Positions 9,128-17,979 are shown, numbered from the stretch's first letter. The stretch is DNA of 46,577 nt from Candidatus Krumholzibacteriales bacterium (GCA_046483305.1 JAWODM010000027.1:1-46577); one strand, 5' to 3'. Program-made: numbers and translations. Notes: generated from the sequence alone by a model not told the origin.

Positions 9128-9778
9128 ATGATAAAAAAGCTTTTCATCTGCCTGGTGGTTATCTGCCTCTCAGTATTGATGCTGTCCTGTATAGAGGATA
9201 ACAGGGTGGCCGGGCCGGAGGCCGATAACAGTCTGGATTGGCCCGACAGAAGTCTGAAGGAGGACTGCGTGGACATTATGGTGTTGTCGCTGGTCAGAGG
9301 CAGCAGCGTCAAGTACAGAGAACTCCTCCTTAAACCGGATACAACCGGAGTTTTTCCCGAAGGTTTTATCTGGTACAGCAACCAGAATAATGGGGAGGAG
9401 AACCTCCCGCCGCTGCTGGATTACAATCAGGACGTCGAAGCGGTGGATCTTCTTCTGTCCCACGCAATTGATTTCAGATTTAAGATCGATCCGGGTAACT
9501 GGTATCCCCGGGACTTTTTCCGCGGCTCTGAATGCGCTGACTGCTGGGAGAGTACCAGGGGCTATATCCTGTTAGCGACTCTGGATAACGGAGAGGCATA
9601 TAGCGGGATGTTCAGACTCAACCTGGTCATAGGCCCTGACCCTGAAAATAGCGAAAAATTAGTTATCTACGAGGCGGCCGATCTTCCCCGGGCGCAGCTG
9701 GCTGCGGCAAAGCGGCCGGCGGATGTGGAGGGGGTATCTCTGAGCAGACTAAAGAATATTGTTAAAGAAAAGTATTGA
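9128..9778 (+). CDS. Lipoprotein paralog 1 of tandem array (CxxCW, KPD/GPDP motifs; possibly NTF2-like)
   Basis: Lipobox LMLS-C; shares EDC, LLKPD..VFPEG, ECADCW and GPDP motifs with the three downstream ORFs. Confidence 0.85.
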   Translation: MIKKLFICLVVICLSVLMLSCIEDNRVAGPEADNSLDWPDRSLKEDCVDIMVLSLVRGSSVKYRELLLKPDTTGVFPEGFIWYSNQNNGEENLPPLLDYNQDVEAVDLLLSHAIDFRFKIDPGNWYPRDFFRGSECADCWESTRGYILLATLDNGEAYSGMFRLNLVIGPDPENSEKLVIYEAADLPRAQLAAAKRPADVEGVSLSRLKNIVKEKY

Positions 9779-9795
9779 TCAATCCAAAAGGAGTG

Positions 9796-10407
9796 ATGGA
9801 GTTGTTAAGAAAATTAATTTTCCCCGGTATTTTATTTTTCACTGCCGCAATCTTTCTCTGCTGTGGCGAGAAGGAAGAGGATACCGGCACTGAAGGTATA
9901 AACGGCAAGGAAGACTGCCTGAAGATATTGGAAACGGCATACCGGGACAGGGATATAGGCAGGTATAAGGAGATTTTTCTGAAGCCCGACAGCGCCGGCG
10001 TTTTTCCGGAAGGGTTTAAGATGCACTATTTGCGGGAGAATATCGATTCGGGAAAATTCTCTCTCAGTTTGAATTATTCCCAGGAAATCGAAATGACGGC
10101 CGGCCTTTTCAAACATGCTGATTCAATCCGGGTGAATATATTACCTTCCGGCTGGGAGAGGGTGGAAGAGTTGCGTGGGAGAGAGTGCGGAGACTGCTGG
10201 AAGTCAGAGAGAGAGTATGAACTTATGGTCAGGCTGGACGATGAAAAAGAATATAACGGTCATTTCCTTACCCGTTTTGTAGTTGGCCCCGACCCGCGGG
10301 AGAGAGGCAAGTACCTGATATATCAGATTGAGATTGCCCCGCCGCATTCTGGATCGGGGCTGGACAATTTTCCGCTCGGTTATAAGGAGAGCGGCAGAGA
10401 GAGTTAG
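9796..10407 (+). CDS. Lipoprotein paralog 2 of tandem array
   Basis: Hydrophobic signal ending in IFLCC; FLKPDSAGVFPEG, ECGDCW, GPDP; start uncertain (9775/9796/9802). Confidence 0.82.
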   Translation: MELLRKLIFPGILFFTAAIFLCCGEKEEDTGTEGINGKEDCLKILETAYRDRDIGRYKEIFLKPDSAGVFPEGFKMHYLRENIDSGKFSLSLNYSQEIEMTAGLFKHADSIRVNILPSGWERVEELRGRECGDCWKSEREYELMVRLDDEKEYNGHFLTRFVVGPDPRERGKYLIYQIEIAPPHSGSGLDNFPLGYKESGRES

Positions 10408-10434
10408 GATTCTATTAAAATAGGGGAGTAAATA

Positions 10435-11076
10435 ATGAAGATCAGGATTTATGCCGGACTTCTTGTTCTGGTTCTTTCAGCCCTGTTTATCTGCTGTGAC
10501 GAAGACAGGGTAACCAGCCCGGGCGGCGGAGACGACCCGCCTGTTAAAATCACAAGGGAAAACTGCGTTGAAATGCTGGTAGAGGCCTTTAATGAAATGG
10601 ATATCGAGAAATACAGGGGCCTGCTTCTTAAACCTGATACCAGCAACGTTTTCAGTGATGGTTACATCTGGCATAACCAGCAGGAAGATTTTATGTCGGG
10701 TTATGTTGAACTGGAATCCCTTGATTACTACCAGGATATAGAAGCCACAGATAGCCTGTTTGCGCATGCAGGCGAAGTAGATCTGGATTTATATCATGGT
10801 GCGTGGGATAGCCTGGAGGTGTTCAGGGGGATTTCCTGTGCAGACTGTTGGGAGACGGTCAGACGTTATCAAATGTATGTATATGCTGATGATTGGAATT
10901 ATTACGGGCTTTTTTATATCAGACTGGTAATTGGGCCTGACCCCGGTATATCAGACAGCTATCTGATATACCAGGCCAGAGATCTCAGGAGAGTCGATTC
11001 TATAAATAGACTTCCATCTGACTCTGAGGATGTTTCACTTGGGCAGATCAAGAGTATATTTGTTGATTCCTTCTAA
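10435..11076 (+). CDS. Lipoprotein paralog 3 of tandem array
   Basis: GGGGAG SD; signal ending in FICC; LLKPDTSNVFSDG, SCADCW, GPDP; C-terminal SLGQIKSIF. Confidence 0.85.
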   Translation: MKIRIYAGLLVLVLSALFICCDEDRVTSPGGGDDPPVKITRENCVEMLVEAFNEMDIEKYRGLLLKPDTSNVFSDGYIWHNQQEDFMSGYVELESLDYYQDIEATDSLFAHAGEVDLDLYHGAWDSLEVFRGISCADCWETVRRYQMYVYADDWNYYGLFYIRLVIGPDPGISDSYLIYQARDLRRVDSINRLPSDSEDVSLGQIKSIFVDSF

Positions 11077-11123
11077 TAATCTAAGCAGCATATTCTGCTA
11101 TATCTAAACAGGGGGAGCAAATA

Positions 11124-11779
11124 ATGAAAAAAAGGGGTTCACCTATTTCTTGTTGCTGATCATTTCAGGCATGCTCCTTTTCTGCAGTGAGGACAGGGGA
11201 ACAAACCCGGCAAATAATGAAATCGAGTGGCCTGACAGGACCGATGTGGAAGACTGCCTTGAAACAGTGATGATGTCATATCGGCACCGCGATATCCAAA
11301 AGTATAGTGAAGTGCTTCTCAAGCCTGACACTAACTTTGTTTTTCCGGAAGGGTTCTACTGGTTCATTCCGGATGAAGTTATAGGCGGTGGTCAAATTGA
11401 AGAGCAATATTTAAACTATTACCAGGATGTTGCTGCTACAGACAGCCTCTTTCATCATGCTCTTGAACTCGACCTGGATATTTCAGGCGGGCCGTGGGAT
11501 AGCCTGGGGTTCTTCAGGAATAAGGAGTGTGACGATTGCTGGAAGACGATAAGGGAATACCATATAGAAGTAATACTGGATTCAGGAGATCATTATATCT
11601 CGAACATGCATATTAAGTTCGCAGTTGGACCCGATCCTGTAAATTCAGATAAATATGTTATATATCAAGTCGTAGAATTAATATCACAAGCAAATAAAAT
11701 CATTTCTGGTTCTGAGCCAGGTTCAATTATCGAGATCAAGCGTGCGTTCTTTCAGTATTTAAATGACGCCGATCAATAG
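11124..11779 (+). CDS. Lipoprotein paralog 4 of tandem array, frameshifted in the A7 tract after its ATG (long frame annotated from TTG 11150)
   Basis: SD/ATG context nearly identical to paralog 3; adding one A gives MKKKGFTYFLLLIISGMLLF-C; LLKPD, ECDDCW, GPDP motifs. Confidence 0.75.
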
Positions 11780-11819
11780 TATAAACATTCTTGATGATCA
11801 GTGCCTATCCGATAAAAGA

Positions 11820-11848
11820 TTGAGTTAACCCTGCCATATAATTATATT
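11820..11848 (+). promoter_or_regulatory. Putative sigma70 promoter upstream of the TPR gene
   Basis: TTGAGT-N17-TATATT. Confidence 0.4.
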
Positions 11849-11911
11849 AACTGTTAGGATTCGTGTTTCCTGCGGGCTCTGAAGAATCAGTAGCTGGTTC
11901 TCAGCCCTGTT

Positions 11912-11928
11912 CTGGCATAACTTATGCC
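11912..11928 (+). promoter_or_regulatory. Sigma54-like -24/-12 element that is also a palindrome
   Basis: CTGGCATAACTTATGCC: GG-N10-GC spacing; GGCATAA-C-TTATGCC inverted repeat. Confidence 0.4.
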
Positions 11929-11964
11929 TTACAGATTCACGAATTCAATGAAAGCGCGACCGTT

Positions 11965-13698
11965 ATGATTAAAAAATATCTATTTATATCTGTGATTCCC
12001 CTGATTTTACTCTCTTCGTCCGTTTTCGCCCAGACCATCGCTGAACATGAGGCGATGAACTACTTCATCAAGGCAGGGATGTACGAGGACTGGGGCAACC
12101 TGACCTACGCCTATTCCTATTTCAAGGCGGCGGAGAAGAAGGACCGGGACAACCAGATGGTCAAGCTGGCTCTTGCCAGGGTGGCCCTTACGATGGGCAA
12201 GTTCAAGGAAGCAGCCGGGTACGCTTCATGGCTGGTGGAAGAGGGAGCTGAAACAGCGGATGCCGCCATTTACCTGGCCGAGGCGAACTACCGTCTGGAA
12301 AAGCCCGCAGAAGCTGCAGCCAACCTGGAGAGCATAGTTGATGACATGGGCGGGTACCGCAGGCTGAGGGTACTGAAATTCCTCTACAGAATATATAACG
12401 AGCTCGAAGAGACCGGGAAGGGTATTAAGACACTGGAAGAAGCCTTCGAACTTCAGCCTGATGACATCTTTGTGAATTACCGGCTGGGGCTGGAGATGGC
12501 CCGGAAGGGGAAACGGTCCGAGGCGGCCGCTTACCTGGAGAAGGTAATCGAAGACGATCCTGCTTACGCGGATGCGGCCTCCATAACAGCCGCCATCCTG
12601 CTGGAGCAGGGCAGCAGGGATAAGGCGAAACAGGTACTCAGAAAATCTTTCCAGGCCGACCCCGAGAACAACGACGTGGCAGCCCGCCTGTTCGAGCTTA
12701 TCTCAGAGGATAAGGATTACCGTTTCGGAATTGAGATCCTTGAGCCGCTGTACAGTAAGGGCAGGTTGAGAAACCGCGGGCTGGTGGAGCTGGGGCGGTA
12801 CTACTACGAGACCGGGATGAATAAGGAGGCCGTGGAGGCCTATCAAACCCTGATGGAGAGCACCGGCCGTAAGGCTCCGATACTGAGGATTATCTGCGAT
12901 ATAGAGCTGGAATCGGGTAAATTCAGAAACGCGGCTGAATGCCTAAGCCAGCTTATTCAGGAGCAGCCGGATAACTTCGATAATTACGTGGGATATCTTC
13001 TGATTATGCATGATGCCGCCGGAGAACCCTCCGGACCTGAACAGACAGTTGAGATATCAACGGAGGACAGCCTCAGGATAATGAAGAAGGCGCTGAGCTG
13101 CATGGACAGCCAGTCTGTCCGTCATAATTACATTGTCGGAATGGTTCTGAACGAGGCAGGGCGGATGGATCGGAGCCTGAAGTACCTTCTCAGGGCGGAA
13201 GAGCTCAGCCCCGATGACCGGGATGTTCTTCTCGAGCTTGCCCGGGCCTACGAGGAAGCGGGCGAGCCGGAAAAAGCACTGGCCAGAGTAAAGCGGCTCT
13301 ACAGCGCCGACACCGGGGACCCGGTTCTGAAAAACTACTACGGCTACCTTCTCGCGCTCAACGGAGACCGGCTGATTTTTGCGGAGCAACTGCTCAACCA
13401 GGCTCTTGAGCACGACCCGGATAACGGTTACTATCTGGACAGCCTGGGCTGGATAAAGTATAAACAGGGGGAGTATCAGAGAGCTCTGGAAATCCTGCTG
13501 GACGCCGCCAGAGCGGTAAATGACGACCCCAAGATCTGGGAACACCTGGGAGATACGTATGTCAAGCTGGAGGCGATAGATGAAGCCCGGGAAGCTTACA
13601 GAAAATCCATTAAGCTCAGTACCAGAAAGAGCCAGGTTATCAGGAAGCTGCAGAGCATCGAGAGCCGGGATCAGGTTAACAGGGAGAGCTCGGATTAG
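11965..13698 (+). CDS. Periplasmic tetratricopeptide repeat protein
   Basis: Signal peptide from ATG 11965 (MIKKYLF...VFA-Q); many TPR units; NYYGYLLA...YLDSLGWIKYKQG...EHLGD C-terminal TPR block typical of TPR genes preceding lolB-like genes. Confidence 0.88.
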   Translation: MIKKYLFISVIPLILLSSSVFAQTIAEHEAMNYFIKAGMYEDWGNLTYAYSYFKAAEKKDRDNQMVKLALARVALTMGKFKEAAGYASWLVEEGAETADAAIYLAEANYRLEKPAEAAANLESIVDDMGGYRRLRVLKFLYRIYNELEETGKGIKTLEEAFELQPDDIFVNYRLGLEMARKGKRSEAAAYLEKVIEDDPAYADAASITAAILLEQGSRDKAKQVLRKSFQADPENNDVAARLFELISEDKDYRFGIEILEPLYSKGRLRNRGLVELGRYYYETGMNKEAVEAYQTLMESTGRKAPILRIICDIELESGKFRNAAECLSQLIQEQPDNFDNYVGYLLIMHDAAGEPSGPEQTVEISTEDSLRIMKKALSCMDSQSVRHNYIVGMVLNEAGRMDRSLKYLLRAEELSPDDRDVLLELARAYEEAGEPEKALARVKRLYSADTGDPVLKNYYGYLLALNGDRLIFAEQLLNQALEHDPDNGYYLDSLGWIKYKQGEYQRALEILLDAARAVNDDPKIWEHLGDTYVKLEAIDEAREAYRKSIKLSTRKSQVIRKLQSIESRDQVNRESSD

Positions 13699-14404
13699 AG
13701 CGCGCCTTATTATCACGCTACTCCTGATTATTATTAACGGATGCGGCGGGCCGGCCCTTCGAAGAGTGCCGGTATCCTCACCGGACGATTACAGCGATAT
13801 CTACCCCGGGTTTACGGCTGCAGACAGCGCTCTTGGGAGCGGAAGGGCCAGAATTGAGTTTGAAAACTACCGGTTCAGGGGCAAATTCAGGTTCGAGCTG
13901 AAGGGCGAAAACCTGAGAGTTGATTTCACCCATTCCAGCCTGATGGGAGCGGTGGAGACCGAAGGGTCGCTGTTTCTGACCGCCGAAGGGATGCTGCTGA
14001 TAGACCGGAATGATGGTAAAATTTACAGAAACAGGGAATGCATGCAGATGGCACAGGACGCGGTGGGAGCGGCTGTAACCGCCCGGGATATCAAGCTGGT
14101 TCTTCAGATGAGCTACCCGGAATATCAGCAGGTGAGGGGCGCCGAGGCCGCCGCCGGAAAGGATGAGTGGTTTCTCAGCTTTCTCTTCGGGGAGAAGAAG
14201 CTGGAGCTTTGGGGCTCAAGGCCCGGGCAGCTGGAGCGGATGAAAATCAGCCGCACTGACGGGAGCTGGTCCTTTGTCTCTCTGTACGGCTACGGTTCAT
14301 TCGGAGACAGTTACCCTGAAAGAATAGACATTGCGAACGAAGACGGGTCGGTCAGGATAACGCTGAAAGTGGAGAATTACTCTGAACAGGGCGGGAAAAT
14401 ATAA
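13694..14404 (+). CDS. Lipoprotein, LolB/DUF4292-like beta-rich protein
   Basis: Lipobox IING-C; likely ATT start with AGGGAG SD overlapping the TPR stop; beta-strand-rich sequence; family assignment is inference from size and context. Confidence 0.6.
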   Translation: MRARLIITLLLIIINGCGGPALRRVPVSSPDDYSDIYPGFTAADSALGSGRARIEFENYRFRGKFRFELKGENLRVDFTHSSLMGAVETEGSLFLTAEGMLLIDRNDGKIYRNRECMQMAQDAVGAAVTARDIKLVLQMSYPEYQQVRGAEAAAGKDEWFLSFLFGEKKLELWGSRPGQLERMKISRTDGSWSFVSLYGYGSFGDSYPERIDIANEDGSVRITLKVENYSEQGGKI

Positions 14405-14419
14405 AATGCTGGTGCAGGT

Positions 14420-14446
14420 GGAACTTTACGGAACATTTATTGTATA
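14420..14446 (+). promoter_or_regulatory. Putative ECF sigma autoregulatory promoter
   Basis: GGAACT-N16-GTATA upstream of the ECF sigma gene. Confidence 0.55.
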
Positions 14447-14519
14447 CCATAACAGATGGACGGATAAAGGTTTCATGAAATGCGGAGCCGGATAACCGCG
14501 TTTTTCTCGAGGAGAGAGA

Positions 14520-15164
14520 TTGAACGATATAAACAAACCGATACCGGACGGAAAGAAGAAAGCCGGAAAGACTGACGAAGAGCTGATACTGGCGGTGCAG
14601 GAGGGTGATAACAGGGCTTTCGACATACTTGTAGAACGATATAAGAACAGATTGTTTGCCTATCTCCTGAGAATGCTTTCCGACCGCGACAAGGCGGAAG
14701 AGATAGCCCAGGAAACCTTCGTGAGGGCCTATATGAACGCCGATAAGTACAGGACAATAGCCAGGTTCTCCACCTGGCTCTATACCATCGGAACAAATCT
14801 GGTCAGGAACCATATACGGAAAATGAAGAGAAGGCCCAGCACCTGGAGCCTGTGGAGCGAGACAAGGGGCGAAGACGGAGACTGGATGGAGATAGAAGAC
14901 AGCACCCAGGATGCGGAACAGCTGGCCGACCGAAGCGATCTTCAGGAGCTGATAGACGGGGCGATACAGAAGATCCCTCCGAAATACAGGTCGGCATTCG
15001 TTCTTAGAGAGTTGGAACAGCTCAGCTACGACGAAATAGCGGCCACCACCGGAATAAAGCTGGGAACAGTGCGTTCCCGGATTAATAGAGGAAGAAAATA
15101 TTTCAAGGACGCAATAGCGCCTTATCTCAAAGACGACAACAGATTCAAGGAGACCCCACAATGA
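14520..15164 (+). CDS. ECF RNA polymerase sigma factor (RpoE/SigW-like)
   Basis: AEEIAQETFVRAY, FSTWLYTI, LSYDEIA...LGTVRSRINRGR; regions 2 and 4 only. Confidence 0.93.
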   Translation: MNDINKPIPDGKKKAGKTDEELILAVQEGDNRAFDILVERYKNRLFAYLLRMLSDRDKAEEIAQETFVRAYMNADKYRTIARFSTWLYTIGTNLVRNHIRKMKRRPSTWSLWSETRGEDGDWMEIEDSTQDAEQLADRSDLQELIDGAIQKIPPKYRSAFVLRELEQLSYDEIAATTGIKLGTVRSRINRGRKYFKDAIAPYLKDDNRFKETPQ

Positions 15165-15808
15165 AATGCTCTAAAGCCAAAGAATACTACTTCAGCAACA
15201 GAGACGGGCTGCTGAACGAATCGGAAAGGATGGAGCTGCAGAAACATATGGAAGGCTGCGCGGATTGTGCCAGTTTCAGGGAAGAGATGGATCAGTCTCT
15301 CTCGCTCCTGGAACAGATACCCTCCCCGGAAGTCTCTGACAGCTTCGTGTGGAACGTAAAGAGAAAGATATCCCGGAAGAAGGTGGATATTATAAGAAAG
15401 GAACATCACTACCTGGAAGGGCAGGGCTGGATGACCAGGTTCATGGCGGGAGCGGCGGCGGCGTTGATTATTCTTGCCGCCGGCGCATGGCTGTACATCG
15501 GAGAAGGCCCGGACCAGGCGGGGATCAGAGTCGCCGAAAGCGATAATACCTCCGGTTCGGAGCTTACCAGAGCGAAATCCGATTACAGAGAGATGGAATT
15601 TACCAGCACCGGATATCCCGCCGGCATGAAAATGGTCAACGACGATATTTACCAGGCCGGGGCCGGCCGGTCGTTCGAAATGCAGGCTCAGTACCGGTTC
15701 AACTATCTGGCCAGGCAGAATCAGCTGCTGAGAAGGCAGCTCATCGCCTACAGAAACGAAAACGAGAGACTGCGCAAGCTGCTTCTCAGGTATTCGGATA
15801 ATAAATAG
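15161..15808 (+). CDS. Zinc-binding anti-sigma factor (zf-HC2) with one TM helix
   Basis: HMEGCADC (HxxxCxxC), TM segment AAAALIILAAGAWLYI, ATGA overlap with the sigma gene. Confidence 0.85.
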   Translation: MKCSKAKEYYFSNRDGLLNESERMELQKHMEGCADCASFREEMDQSLSLLEQIPSPEVSDSFVWNVKRKISRKKVDIIRKEHHYLEGQGWMTRFMAGAAAALIILAAGAWLYIGEGPDQAGIRVAESDNTSGSELTRAKSDYREMEFTSTGYPAGMKMVNDDIYQAGAGRSFEMQAQYRFNYLARQNQLLRRQLIAYRNENERLRKLLLRYSDNK

Positions 15809-15848
15809 AGCGAATCAAAAGCATCCGGGAATACCCGGCCTTTAAGCC

Positions 15849-15890
15849 ATCCCGGGCGGGCACGCCGACCCCGCCCGGGATTTTTCATTT
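15849..15890 (+). terminator. Intrinsic terminator
   Basis: ATCCCGGGCGGG-N9-CCCGCCCGGGAT 12-bp stem followed by TTTTCATTT. Confidence 0.85.
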
Positions 15891-15960
15891 GCCTGCCGAT
15901 TAATATTAATTTGGCTTGAAAACAGAGCGGATTACTCCTATTCTTAATCAGGAGGTTATA

Positions 15961-16971
15961 ATGAAAAAAACAGTTCTATTAACTGTGGCCGTGGCGGTTG
16001 CGGCGGCTGTATCGTGTCAGCAGGGAATGGTCTATCCACCCGCCGGTTCCTACAGTGGCGTGGTCCTGGTCACGGAGACCGGGGAGCCCAAGGGAGCTAA
16101 TGTAGAGATAATCAGGCAGCTTCAGCACCAGCTGAATTACTATACCAAGAACGAAACTCAGTTCAAACTGAACATGGTCAAAGCGGCTGATATCAGCAAG
16201 GAGCCTCCCACCAAGAATATGGTAATATACGGGGTTGTCAGAAGGGGCGAGATCGGGAATGTGATAGAGAGTTTCATAGGCACGGCGGCGGTCCGTAAAG
16301 TAGTGGAGGGTAAGGAGAATATTTTCAAGCGTATGAACTACCCGGCAACAGGGCAGCTCACCGTAGTGGTAACAGCTCCCACCAGAGGCCAGCTGGTTGA
16401 TGTAACCAGAAAGAACGGGTACCTGATACGGGAGATCATAGAGAAGCATAACCGGATGCGCCTGAGGGAATACCTGCTTAAGGAACAGGACGATGCCCTG
16501 AGGGAGAGGCTGAAGGCCGACTACGGCTTCGAGATAGGGGTGTCATTCCTCTACGAGCTGAATCAGGAGAGAAGGGATGTTCCCGGGGTAGAGCTGATCC
16601 GGCGAAGCCCTCACCGGGGGATCTCGGTTTTCTGGAGAAAGTGGGATAAGGAGTACCTGGCCCTTTCCGATTCCACCAAACTGTATAACATTCGGGCAGA
16701 GCTGGCATGGAAAATGTATTACAAGGATGTTATGCGAAGGGACCTGGTGTCTTTCTCCAGGAGTGAGCTGGGTCCCTATGACGCCATCAGAATTGACGGA
16801 TACTGGGAAAAGAAGGACGACATATACGGTGGTCCTTTTATATCTTATTTTATTCTTGATGGTTACAGGTCCAGACTCTGGGTAGTGGATCTCCTGGTCT
16901 ATGCTCCCGGGTTCGACAAACATTTGCTGTTGCGGGAAGTGATGAGCCTGGCAGAGACCTTCAGGTACTAG
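15961..16971 (+). CDS. DUF4837-like lipoprotein
   Basis: AGGAGG SD before ATG 15961; lipobox AAVS-C; C-terminal GYWE...GGPFISY...YAPGFDK...ETF pattern. Confidence 0.75.
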   Translation: MKKTVLLTVAVAVAAAVSCQQGMVYPPAGSYSGVVLVTETGEPKGANVEIIRQLQHQLNYYTKNETQFKLNMVKAADISKEPPTKNMVIYGVVRRGEIGNVIESFIGTAAVRKVVEGKENIFKRMNYPATGQLTVVVTAPTRGQLVDVTRKNGYLIREIIEKHNRMRLREYLLKEQDDALRERLKADYGFEIGVSFLYELNQERRDVPGVELIRRSPHRGISVFWRKWDKEYLALSDSTKLYNIRAELAWKMYYKDVMRRDLVSFSRSELGPYDAIRIDGYWEKKDDIYGGPFISYFILDGYRSRLWVVDLLVYAPGFDKHLLLREVMSLAETFRY

Positions 16972-16978
16972 CAAAATC

Positions 16979-17009
16979 TTGACAGGGTGGTATAAATATA
17001 ATACCTTTG
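16979..17009 (+). promoter_or_regulatory. Putative housekeeping promoter
   Basis: TTGACA-N17-TACCTT(TG). Confidence 0.55.
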
Positions 17010-17037
17010 CGCTGAATATCTGAGAGGCAGAACAATT

Positions 17038-17958
17038 ATGGACAGTGAATTGAACGAAGAATTCAAGCAGTTACTGGAGCGGTACGAGAGCTCTCCGGAT
17101 TCGAGGCTATTCGCGCCAGTGGCGGATATGTACAGGAAGAGAGGAGAACTGGAGGAAGCGATCGAAACCTGCAACCAGGGCCTGGAAATATACCCCGATT
17201 ATGTCAGCGCCAGGGTAATACTGGGCAAGTGTTTTTACGATAAGGGAGCCAGCGAGAGGGCCAAGACCGAATTTGAAAAGGTCCTGGATCTGGACCCGGA
17301 GAATATGGTAGCTCTGAAATTTCTGGGAGATATTTCGCTGGCGGAGAATAAGACCGGCAGGGCAACTGATTACTATCGGAAACTCCTGGAGATAGATCCC
17401 ACCAATGACAGGATCAGGGAGGTATACGAAGAGCTGAACAGCGAGTTCGAACCGACCGAGATAGACCTGGAAAAGGGAGATCAGGTGAAAAGCGTGGTGG
17501 ATGAGACCGAGCCCGCCACCATGACGCTGGCGGGGATCTACGCTTCGCAGGGCTACTACGGCCGGGCGGCAAGGATTTACAGAAGCATCCTGGCGGATAA
17601 TCCCGGTAACGAGGATGTCCGGAAGATGCTTGAAAAGATACAGGATAAAGTTTCAGAAACCGACAGCGAGAGGGAGAATGCCTTCGATGACGATGACGAG
17701 GTCATGACCATCTCTCTGGATGATGTCTCTGATGAAATAGTGGAGAATACCTCCGGAACGGGGGTTTCGGATTCTGAGCGGGAGAGGGAAGAGAAATTTG
17801 AACAGGGAACCGAAGAAGAGCGGCGGGAGAAGCCCGAGCCGGATGAAGAAGCAGAACAGCAGGAAGCAGAAGAAGATTTATCGGAAAATGCCGAAAGTAT
17901 GGAAAATTTCCTGGGATGGGTCAGGAAGGTAAAGGAAGATTGCGACGAGGATAAATAA
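17038..17958 (+). CDS. Cytoplasmic TPR protein with acidic low-complexity C-terminus
   Basis: PDSRLFAPVADMYRKRG...GLEIYPDYVSARVILG TPR repeats; E/D-rich tail. Confidence 0.85.
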   Translation: MDSELNEEFKQLLERYESSPDSRLFAPVADMYRKRGELEEAIETCNQGLEIYPDYVSARVILGKCFYDKGASERAKTEFEKVLDLDPENMVALKFLGDISLAENKTGRATDYYRKLLEIDPTNDRIREVYEELNSEFEPTEIDLEKGDQVKSVVDETEPATMTLAGIYASQGYYGRAARIYRSILADNPGNEDVRKMLEKIQDKVSETDSERENAFDDDDEVMTISLDDVSDEIVENTSGTGVSDSEREREEKFEQGTEEERREKPEPDEEAEQQEAEEDLSENAESMENFLGWVRKVKEDCDEDK

Positions 17959-17979
17959 TAAATAGAAGAGGGAGAGGAT

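Noticed and set aside
9500..11545. CxxC motifs of the lipoprotein array as heme c sites
   Set aside because: All four are CxxCW, lacking the His required for c-type heme ligation.
11863..11964. GTG-start extension of the TPR ORF
   Set aside because: The signal peptide begins at ATG 11965; the extension overlaps promoter-like elements.
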